From Haliotis cracherodii (taxonomy: Eukaryota), in NCBI RefSeq assembly GCF_022045235.1, contig NW_027266343.1, positions 51,274,001-51,338,000 of the forward strand: a DNA stretch of 64,000 nucleotides. Direction: 5' to 3'. Both the position numbers and the translations under genes were made by a program. Shown here piece by piece: positions 49,659-61,704 of the stretch. Every line of letters starts with the position of its first letter. The stretch's first letter is position 1. The notes beneath the pieces are model-generated. The model did not search any database, was not told where the DNA came from, and saw only the letters and a program-made list of their open reading frames with translations.

Positions 49659-52600
49659 GTTATTATCATCTACAGTGTGATGCTGGCTATTTATGTATAT
49701 TCTCAAACCAATGGAATTGGTTCTTTAAAATCTTGTCATATTTATTTACGCCTTGAAATTTGTTTGAGAATCTGAAAACTGAATTGAATGTTCACAATGG
49801 AAGAGTGATCTATGTTTCTCCATATTGTAAACTCTGGACATAGTACGTGTTGTAGACCAATATCCAAGCACTTAAATGATATTGCGTTTTACTTCAAGCT
49901 AAGATATCAACTACTGAAATGTGTATTAAGTTCCTGAGGAAACCGGACATGATGATAAGAGGAGGGATTTTATGCTTGATATATCTCCCACAAAATGTCA
50001 CTTACCCGAGTTCATGTTTCACGGGAATGTATCATTTGGGCTGCCATGAAAGGGTTTGATGGCCATTTGAAGTACCATAATATCTGCAATTGGCTGTCTG
50101 TATTTCAATTTGCATTTTAAAAACACGCAGCGAAACAAATAAGCAGGGGTATCAATTTTGGTCAAAGCGTTCATTAACGGGATCAAGGGGTAGACAGTGT
50201 GCACTGTATTGAAATTCAAATGTGTGTGCTGTCCTTGAAAATGAGCGAAAGTTGTAGAAAGAATACAATCTATATGTTGTTATGGTGCTTTGTATAAATA
50301 ATATCTGAGCTGCTGCAATGAAACAGCGAAAGCCATGGTGATGTAGAGCATCAAAACAAATGTTGCAAGATTCTTACTGCTTTGGTTAGAAGGGAATGCA
50401 TACAGTTGGAATTTCCATGACAGTAAAATATCTTTACAGTTTATTAATAACACAAACAAAACGATTGAATTCAACAGTAACTATTAAAAACGCTTGTCCG
50501 GGTGTAGCTTATCAAACTACAAATTATTTGTAATTTCCATCAAACATGTACTTCTTGATTTGATGATGCAATTTAACATTTTGCATACTGCTTATGTAAT
50601 TAATAGGAGAAGTATCTATATAGATGTATAGTTGTGTGTTTATTAACCACCTTCCCTGTAGGCGCTATTTGTAAAATACATATTGATTAAATCAGACCGC
50701 AAAGTTTAAGATTCCGAACTGGATTGGTAGGATTGAAGATTACAATAAACAAACAAATAGCTAATATATCCCTTTTGTTTGATTACAACGCAAAAGTGAC
50801 AATCATTTATCAATACAAAGGAGATTGCATTTGGTAACTGTAGAGAGTTATGTTTAGCTGAATAAATGGTCCAACTTTAAAGCTTGCCATAAGTCTTTAT
50901 AACAACAACCAGACTGTAAAAACAAGTCGTTTGATCATGTCTATCTTTGAAAACACCTTTGTGTTATACTTTAAGAGCATTTTCTTCTGAAAACACACGT
51001 CTTTACTTTTAGATGTACGGTTTTTCTGGGAAACCCTTATACACTTACACATTGACACGAATGTCAAACTGATTTGCGCGTGTTTTATTCTTGGTATGAG
51101 TTTTGGTTTAAACACGCCTTAAAAGAACACAGTCATCACCATCACTATCACTACTGCTTCATCATGTCAAGGGCATACTTAAAGGGTAGAGGCGATTTAT
51201 ATTCTTTCTTCTAATGTTTAGAACCAAAGACTCACCCGAAGATTAAAACACGTTAAAGTGAGTTATTTGCAACAGTGATTAAGTATATATGCAAATGTAT
51301 GAATGGCTGAGACATTGTCAAAAGACAACATTCTCCCAATCTGGCACACAATGGAACTGACGGAGGAGCTCATGAAACACCCAACAAATATATACAAATA
51401 TAAACTATTCATTAACACCTGGTGACATCTTTCATATTCAGTATATGTTTTAGCACAATCTTGCCTTTTACACCAAATGAAATCTGTTTCAGCAGATAAT
51501 GGAGCCTGATTATTCTCTGGCGTTGACGATTTATGTAGTTAAAGGGTCATCATTGAATGATTATTATATCAATATTCAGGCGTTATCTATAGAAATTGAG
51601 ATAACAAATTGAGTGATGCTCGTATTATTACAAATGCCTTGATAATGAAGTGTACAATTATCAAGATGATATGTTGAAAATAAGAGAGTTCTCTCAAGAA
51701 ACGCAGTTGCAAATAAAAGCTACATAACCCTGTTCAGAATCATTCGAAACCTCTGCTCGAAGCAAAGACCATTGTACGATTTCGACTTTAATGATCACAC
51801 GCATGTGCGTAGGAATGACTACCAGATAGTGATGATACCTGGCGGTTGCCAAAAAGTGAGCGTATCCTGCCCCAACGGTTCCTCCGTCACAAACACATAC
51901 AAAGACAAGTCAAGAAAGACGAGAAAACAAGCTGTTGTTCATATGTCAATCATGTTTTCAGAAGATATTGGTGTACTTTAGGCTTTTAACAGATATTACA
52001 CGCATAAAAAGATGTTGTGCACGTGAGTATTCATAGTGACAGTCCCTTTGTGAGAAGAAACCAATATATGTACCTATCAGTCAGGAAATAAAGCTGTTGT
52101 AGTTTATTGTTATTGTGCAGTAAGATAAATAAAATTCGGGGAGAATAATGTAGTATCTGGGGACTTCTGCAGTATATTCAGCAGAAGCTATTTTCTTGTG
52201 AGCAGGCTGCTGTATTACACGGAAACGGTTAGCATAGTTGACCCCGTGTGGTACAGTGCTACTGCTGTACTGTGGTGAGGCTGTACTAGTGTGTTGCGTC
52301 AGTTTTCTGGTCTCTTGTTATGTCGTATCACACAGATGCATTATAATGTCTGATGTATGCTGCTCCCACATCATATATTTACTGGATACACCCTTTTCAG
52401 ACCGTTATCGAATATTTACTTGATATAGGTTAAACGTTGAGTATCGAGGACTGTTTGAAATGCAGTTAGACGATGCCAGAGAGAGTGTGTCTGTTTGCCA
52501 CCTTTATATACGTTGTCTTGTACTTCCTTAATCGATGTTCATGTATATCAGCTCGCATGTGTACCCGTAGGGTGATAACCTCGGGCCCTTTGATGCGAAA

Positions 52601-53068
52601 AGAATGCTTACTTTACACCATTAAACTGAGGTGCGTTACTTACCTGGAAGTGGCCAGCCAAAGATAAATCAATCACGTATAATTCACAAATGGTATATAT
52701 AAAGGATGGGGGAAACTGTTCCATCATCTCTTATCTTCACCTGCCTTTGAGACACAGATACGAGTCAAGACCAAACTGTAAGTACTATTTTAAGGTTTGC
52801 TTGTGATATATATGTATACTTTTAATGTTTGATTCATCTGCTGAGCATCTGGCTGTTTTCAATCTTTATGTTGAGCCAATTCATAAAAGTACAAATATGT
52901 AACATAAAACGTTCTTGTAAATTGGGAAATATATGAATGAAGGTGAAAGTAAAACTGATAACATAATTCACAATGAGTGGTGTGAACTGAATGTACCAGA
53001 TAAGTAACGATAACATGCTATTTCCCATTCTTGACAACGATTTTCACGTTACTCAATAGATACTCAAA

Positions 53069-53681
53069 ATGATGAAGATAGTCGCCGCTCTTGTTGCCTG
53101 CCTGGCTGTTACCGCCTTTGCCGAGCCTACCGGTCTGTATGGTGGAATTGGCGGGTTGAAAGGAGGACTGGGCGGAATTGGCTACGGAATGGGTGGATTG
53201 TACGGAGGCCTTGGAGGTCTGTACGGAGGCTATGGAGGTCTGTACGGAGGCATGGGTGGTCTATACGGAGGCGTGGGAGGTCTATACGGAGGCGTGGGAG
53301 GTCTATACGGAGGCGTGGGAGGTCTATACGGAGGCATGGGAGGTCTGTACGGAGGACTTGGAGGCTATGGTGGTCTCTACGGCGGAATTGGAGGATACGG
53401 AATGGGATTGGGAAAAGGTATTTCACAAAATATGATATCATTTGTTTATCGTATCCCACTTTCAGTCTCGTTTGCAAAATTATATAATTTACCTATATGG
53501 TATTATTATTTTACGTGACAAAGCTGATGACTTTTACAAAACATCTTTAAAATTATTCTCTGCTTTCTCTAATATTTGGTTTAGCTTATCATGCAGCTAG
53601 TTTCAAGACTTCGTTGTGACTTATCCATATATCCCAACTTTATTCTACTATTTTTTTGTTTCAGGTATCGGCTATTATTGA
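53069..53681 (+). CDS. Gly/Tyr-rich secreted protein, copy 11 (121 aa; join 53069-53417, 53665-53681)
   Basis: Same structure. Confidence 0.92.
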
Positions 53682-56600
53682 GTTATTATCATCTACAGTG
53701 TGATGCTGGCTATTTATGTATATTCTCAAACCAATGGAATTGGTTCAATAAAATCTTGTCATATTTATTTACGCCTTGAAATTTGTTTGAGAATCTGAAA
53801 ACTGAATTGAATGTTCACAATGGAAGAGTGATCTATGTTTCTCCATATTGTAAACTCTGGACATAGTACGTGTTGTAGACCAATATCCAAGCACTTAAAT
53901 GATATTGCGTTTTACTTCAAGCTAAGATATCAACTACTGAAATGTGTATTAAGTTCCTGAGGAAACCGGACATGATGATAAGAGGAGGGATTTTATGCTT
54001 GATATATCTCCCACAAAATGTCACTTACCCGAGTTCATGTTTCACGGGAATGTATCATTTGGGCTGCCATGAAAGGGTTTGATGGCCATTTGAAGTACCA
54101 TAATATCTGCAATTGGCTGCCTGTATTTCAATTTGCATTTTAAAAACACGCAGCGAAACAAATAAGCAGGGGTATCAATTTTGGTCAAAGCGTTCATTAA
54201 CGGGATCAAGGGGTAGACAGTGTGCACTGTATTGAAATTCAAATGTGTGTGCTGTCCTTGAAAATGAGCGAAAGTTGTATTCAGAATACAATCTACATGT
54301 TGTTATGGTTCTCTGTATAAATAATATCTGAGCTGCTGCAATGAAACAGCGAAAGCCATGGTAATGTAGAGCATCAAAACAAATGTTGCAAGATTCTTAC
54401 TGCTTTGGTTAGAAGGGAATGCATACAGTTGGAATTTCCATGACAGTAAAATATCTTTACAGTTTATTAATAACACAAACAAAACGATTGAATTCAACAG
54501 TAACTATTAAATACGCTTGTCCGGGTGTAGCTTATCAAACTACAAATTATTTGTAATTTCCATCAAACATGTACTTCTTTATTTGATGATGCAATTTAAC
54601 ATTTTGCATACTGCTTATGTAATTAATAGGAGAAGTATCTTTGTGTATATATAGTTGTGTGTTTACTAACCACCTTCCCTGTAGGCGCTATTTGTAAAAT
54701 ACATATTGATTAAATCAGACCGCGAAGTTTAAGATTCCGAACTGGATTGGTAGGATTGAAGATTACAATAAACAAACAAATAGCTAATATATCCCTTTTG
54801 TTGGATTACAACGCAAAAGTGACAATCATTTATCAATACAAAGGAGATTGCATTTGGAAACTGTAGAGAGTTAAGTTTAGCTGAATAAATGGTCAACTTT
54901 AAAGCTTGTCATAAGTCTTTATAACAACAACCAGACTGTAAAAACAAGTCGTTTGATCATGTCTATCTTTGAAAACACCTTTGTGTTATACTTTAAGAGC
55001 ATTTTCTTCTGAAAACACATGTCTTTACTTTTAGATGTACGGTTTTTCTGGGAAACCCTTATACACTTACACATTGACACGAATGTCAAACTGATTTGCG
55101 CGTGTTTTATTCTTGGTATGAGTTTTGGTTTAAACACGCCTTAAAAGAACACAGTCATCACCATCACTATCACTACTGCTTCATCATGTCAAGGGCATAC
55201 TTAAAGGGTAGAGGCGATTTATATTCTTTCTTCTAATGTTTAGAACCAAAGACTCACCCGAAGATTAAAACACGTTAAAGTGAGTTATTTGCAAGAGTGA
55301 TTAAGTATATATGCAAATGTATGAATGGCTGAGACATTGTCAAAAGACAACATTCTCCCAATCTGGCACACAATGGAACTGACGGAGGAGCTCATGAAAC
55401 ACCCAACAAATATATACAAATATAAACTATTCATTAACACCTGGTGACATCACTCATATTCAGTATATGTTTTAGCACAATCTTGCCTTTTACACCAAAT
55501 GAAATCTGTTTCAGCAGATAATGGAGCCTGATTATTCTCTGGCGTTGACGATTTATGTAGTTAAAGGGTCATCATTGAATGATTATTATATCAATATTCA
55601 GGCGTTATCTATAGAAATTGAGATAACAAATTGAGTGATGCTCGTATTAGTACAAATGCCTTGATAATGAAGTGTACAATTATCAAGATGATATGTTGAA
55701 AATAAGAGAGTTCTCTCAAGAAACGCAGTTGCAAATAAAAGCCACATAACCCTGTTCAGAATCATTCGAAACCTCTGCTCGAAGCAAAGACCATTGTACG
55801 ATTTCGACTTTAATGATCACACGCATGTGCGTAGGAATGACTACCAGATAGTGATGATACCTGGCGGTTGCCAAAAAGTAAGCGTATCCTGCCCCAACGG
55901 TTCCTCCGTCACAAACACATACAAAGACAAGTCAAGAAAGACGAGAAAACAAGCTGTTGTTCATATGTCAATCATGTTTTCAGAAGATATTGGTGTACTT
56001 TAGGCTTTTAACAGATATTACACGCATAAAAAGATGTTGTGAGTATTCATAGTGACAGTCCCTTTGTGAGAAGAAACCAATATATGTACCTATCAGTTAG
56101 GAAATAAAGCTGTTGTAGTTTATTGTTATTGTGCAGTAAGATAAATAAAATTCGGGGAGAATAATGTAGTATCTGGGGACTTCTGCAGTATATTCAGCAG
56201 AAGCTATTTTCTTGTGAGCAGGCTGCTGTATTACACGGAAACGGTTAGCATAGTTGACCCCGTGTGGTACAGTGCTACTGCTGTACTGTGGTGAGGCTGT
56301 ACTAGTGTGTTGCGTCAGTTTTCTGGTCTCTTGTTATGTCGTATCACACAGATGCATTATAATGTCTGATGTATGCTGCTCCCACATCATATATTTACTG
56401 GATACACCCTTTTCAGACCGTTATCGAATATTTACTTGATATAGGTTAAACGTTGAGTATCGAGGACTGTTTGAAATGCAGTTAGACGATGCCAGAGAGA
56501 GTGTGTCTGTTTGCCACCTTTATATACGTTGTCTTGTACTTCCTTAATCGATGTTCATGTATACCAGCTCGCATGTGTACCCGTAGGGTGATAACCTCGG

Positions 56601-57084
56601 GCCCTTTGATACGAAAAGAATGCTTACTTTACACCATTAAACTGAGGTGCGTTACTTACCTGGAAGTGGCCAGCCAAAGATAAATCAATCACGTATAATT
56701 CACAAATGGTATATATAAAGGATGGAGGAAACTGTTCCATCATCTCTTATCTTCACCTGCTTTTGAGACACAGATACGAGTCAAGACCAAACTGTAAGTA
56801 CTATTTTAAGGTTTGCTTGTGATATATATGTATACTTTTAATGTTTGATTCATCTGCTGAGCATCTGGCTGTTTTCAATCTTTATGTTGAGCCAATTCAT
56901 AAAAGTACAAATATGTAACATAAAACGTTCTTGTAAATTGGGAAATATATGAATGAAGGTGAAAGTAAAACTGATAACATAGTTCACAATGAGTGGTGTG
57001 AACTGAATTTACCAGATGAGTAACGATAACATGCTATTTCCCTTTCTTGACAACGATTTTCACGTTACTCAATAGATACTCAAA

Positions 57085-57697
57085 ATGATGAAGATAGTCG
57101 CCGCTCTTGTTGCCTGCCTGGCTGTTACCGCCTTTGCCGAGCCTACCGGTCTGTATGGTGGAATTGGCGGGTTGAAAGGAGGACTGGGCGGAATTGGCTA
57201 CGGAATGGGTGGATTGTACGGAGGCCTTGGAGGTCTGTACGGAGGCTATGGAGGTCTGTACGGAGGCATGGGAGGTCTATACGGAGGCGTGGGAGGTCTA
57301 TACGGAGGCGTGGGAGGTCTATACGGAGGCATGGGAGGTCTATACGGAGGCATGGGAGGTCTGTACGGAGGACTTGGAGGCTATGGTGGTCTCTACGGCG
57401 GAATTGGAGGATACGGAATGGGATTGGGAAAAGGTATTTCACAAAATATGATATCATTTGTTTATCGTATCCCACTTTCAGTCTCGTTTGCAAAATTATA
57501 TAATTTACCTATATGGTATTATTATTTTACGTGACAAAGCTGATGACTTTTACAAAACATCTTTAAAATTATTCTCTGCATTCTCTAATATTTGGTTTAG
57601 CTTATCATGCAGCTAGTTTCAAGACTTCGTTGTGACTTATCCATATATCCCAACTTTATTCTACTATTTTTTTGTTTCAGGTATCGGCTATTATTGA
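57085..57697 (+). CDS. Gly/Tyr-rich secreted protein, copy 12 (121 aa, V->M heptad variant; join 57085-57433, 57681-57697)
   Basis: Same structure; heptad X series L-Y-M-V-V-M-M-L. Confidence 0.92.
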
Positions 57698-60600
57698 GTT
57701 ATTATCATCTACAGTGTGATGCTGGCTATTTATGTATATTCTCAAACCAATGGAATTGGTTCAATAAAATCTTGTCATATTTATTTACGCCTTGAAATTT
57801 GTTTGAGAATCTGAAAACTGAATTGAATGTTCACAATGGAAGAGTGATCTATGTTTCTCCATATTGTAAACTCTGGACATAGTACGTGTTGTAGACCAAT
57901 ATCCAAGCACTTAAATAATATTGCGTTTTACTTCAAGCTAAGATATCAACTACTGAAATGTGTATTAAGTTCCTGAGGAAACCGGACATGATGATAAGAG
58001 GAGGGATTTTATGCTTGATATATCTCCCACAAAATGTCACTTACCCGAGTTCATGTTTCAGGGGAATGTATCATTTGGGCTGCCACGAAAGGGTTTGATG
58101 GCCATTTGAAGTACCATAATATCTGCAATTGGCTGTCCGTATTTCAATTTGCATTTTAAAAACACGCAGCGAAACAAATAAGCAGGGGTATCAATTTTGG
58201 TCAAAGCGTTCATTAACTTGATCAAGGGGTAGACAGTGTGCACTGTATTGAAATTCAAATGTGTGTGCTGTCCTTGAAAATGAGCGAAAGTTGTATTCAG
58301 AATACCATATACATGTTGTTATGGTGCTCTGTATAAATAATATCTGAGCTGCTGCAATGAAACAGCGAAAGCCATGGTGATGTAGAGCATCAAAACAAAT
58401 GTTGCAAGATTCTTACTGCTTTGGTTAGAAGGGAAATTCAATGCATACAGTTGGAATTTCCATGACAGTAAAATATCTTTACAGTTTATTAATAACACAA
58501 ACAAAACGATTGAATTCAACAGTAACTATTAAATACGCTTGTCCGGGTGTAGCTTATCAAACTACAAATTATTTGTAATTTCCATCAAACATGTACTTCT
58601 TGATTTGATGATGCAATTTAACATTTTGCATACTGCTTATGTAATTAATAGGAGAAGTATCTTTGTGTGTATATATAGTTGTGTGTTTACTAACCACCTT
58701 CCCTGTAGGCGCTATTTGTAAAATACATATTGATTAAATCAGACCGCGAAGTTTAAGATTCCGAACTGGATTGGTAGGATTGAAGATTACAATAAACAAA
58801 CAAATAGCTAATATATCCCTTTTGTTGGATTACAACGCAAAAGTGACAATCATTTATCAATACAAAGGAGATTGCATTTGGAAACTGTAGAGAGTTAAGT
58901 TTAGCTGAATAAATGGTCCAACTTTGAAGCTTGTCATAAGTCTTTATAACAACAACCAGACTGTAAAAACAAGTCGTTTGATCATGTCTATCTTTGAAAA
59001 CACCTTTGTGTTATACTTTAAGAGCATTTTCTTCTGAAAACACATGTCTTTACTTTTAGATGTACGGTTTTTCTGGGAAACCCTTATACACTTACACATT
59101 GACACGAATGTCAAACTGATTTGCGCGTGTTTTATTCTTGGTATGAGTTTTGGTTTAAACACGCCTTAAAAGAACACAGTCATCACCATCACTATCACTA
59201 CTGCTTCATCATGTCAAGGGCATACTTAAAGGGTAGAGGCGATTTATATTCTTTCTTCTAATGTTTAGAACCAAAGACTCACCCGAAGATTAAAACACGA
59301 TAAAGTGAGTTATTTGCAACAGTGATTAAGTATATATGCAAATGTATGAATGGCTGAGACATTGTCAAAAGACAACATTCTCCCAATCTGGCACACAATG
59401 GAACTGACGGAGGAGCTCATGAAACACCCAACAAATATATACAAATATAAACTATTCATTAACACCTGGTGACATCACTCATATTCAGTATATGTTTTAG
59501 CACAATCTTGCCTTTTACACCCAATGAAATCTGTTTCAGCAGATAATGGAGCCTGATTATTCTCTGGCGTTGACGATTTATGTAGTTAAAGGGTCATCAT
59601 TGAATGATTATTATATCAATATTCAGGCGTTATCTATAGAAATTGAGATAACAAATTGAGTGATGCTCGTATTAGTACAAATGCCTTGATAATGAAGTGT
59701 ACAATTATCAAGATGATATGTTGAAAATAAGAGAGTTCTCTCAAGAAACGCAGTTGCAAATAAAAGCCACATAACCCTGTTCAGAATCATTCGAAACCTC
59801 TGCTCGAAGCAAAGACCATTGTACGATTTCGACTTTAATGATCACATGCATGTGCGTAGGAATGACTACCAGATAGTGATGATACCTGGCGGTTGCCAAA
59901 AAGTAAGCGTATCCTGCCCCAACGGTTCCTCCGTCACAAACACATACAAAGACAAGTCAAGAAAGACGAGAAAACAAGCTGTTGTTCATATGTCAATCAT
60001 GTTTTCAGAAGATATTGGTGTACTTTAGGCTTTTAACAGATATTACACGCATAAAAAGATGTTGTGAGTATTCATAGTGACAGTCCCTTTGTGAGAAGAA
60101 ACCAATATATGTACCTATCAGTCAGGAAATAAAGCTGTTGTAGTTTATTGTTATTGTGCAGTAAGATAAATAAAATTCGGGGAGAATAATGTAGTATCTG
60201 GGGACTTCTGCAGTATATTCAGCAGAAGCTATTTTCTTGTGAGCAGGCTGCTGTATTACACGGAAACGGTTAGCATAGTTGACCCCGTGTGGTACAGTGC
60301 TACTGCTGTACTGTGGTGAGGCTGTACTAGTGTGTTGCGTCAGTTTTCTGGTCTCTTGTTATGTCGTATCACACAGATGCATTATAATGTCTGATGTATG
60401 CTGCTCCCACATCATATATTTACTGGATACACCCTTTTCAGACCGTTATCGAATATTTACTTGATATAGCTAGGTTAAACGTTGAGTATCGAGGACTGTT
60501 TGAAATGCAGTTAGACGATGCCAGAGAGAGTGTGTCTGTTTGCCACCTTTATATACGTTGTCTTGTACTTCCTTAATCGATGTTCATGTATATCAGCTCG

Positions 60601-61113
60601 CATGTGTACCCGTAGGGTGATAACCTCGGGCCCTTTGATGCGAAAAGAATGCTTACTTTACACCATTAAACTGAGGTGCGTTACTTACCTGGAAGTGGCC
60701 AGCCAAAGATAAATCAATCACGTATAATTCACAAATGGTATATATAAAGGATGGGGGAAACTGTTCCATCATCTCTTATCTTCACCTGCCTTTGAGACAC
60801 AGATACGAGTCAAGACCAAACTGTAAGTACTATTTTAAGGTTTGCTTGTGATATATATGTATACTTTTAATGTTTGATTCATCTGCTGAGCATCTGGCTG
60901 TTTTCAATCTTTATGTTGAGCCAATTCATAAAAGTACAAATATGTAACATAAAACGTTCTTGTAAATTGGGAAATATATGAATGAAGGTGAAAGTAAAAC
61001 TGATAACATAATTCACAATGAGTGGTGTGAACTGAATTTACCAGATGAGTAACGATAACATGCTATTTCCCTTTCTTGACAACGATTTTCACGTTACTCA
61101 ATAGATACTCAAA

Positions 61114-61704
61114 ATGATGAAGATAGTCGCCGCTCTTGTTGCCTGCCTGGCTGTTACCGCCTTTGCCGAGCCTACCGGTCTGTATGGTGGAATTGGCGGG
61201 TTGAAAGGAGGACTGGGCGGAATTGGCTACGGAATGGGTGGATTGTACGGAGGCCTTGGAGGTCTGTACGGAGGCTATGGAGGTCTGTACGGAGGCATGG
61301 GAGGTCTATACGGAGGCGTGGGAGGTCTATACGGAGGCGTGGGAGGTCTATACGGAGGCATGGGAGGTCTGTACGGAGGACTTGGAGGCTATGGTGGTCT
61401 CTACGGCGGAATTGGAGGATACGGAATGGGATTGGGAAAAGGTATTTCACAAAATATGATATCATTTGTTTATCGTATCCCACTTTCAGTCTCGTTTGCA
61501 AAATTATATAACTTACCTATGTGGTATTATTAATTACGCGACAAAGCTGATGACATTTACAAAATATCTTTACAATTATTCTCTGCTTTCTCTAATATTT
61601 GGTTTAGCTTATCATGCAGCTAGTTTCAAGACTTCGTTGTGACTTATCCATATATCCCAACTTTATTCTACTCTGTTTTTGTTTCAGGTATCGGCTATTA
61701 TTGA
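61114..61704 (+). CDS. Gly/Tyr-rich secreted protein, copy 13 (114 aa; join 61114-61441, 61688-61704)
   Basis: Same structure. Intron 2 and the 3' UTR are more diverged, but splice sites and the GIGYY exon are intact. Confidence 0.92.
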
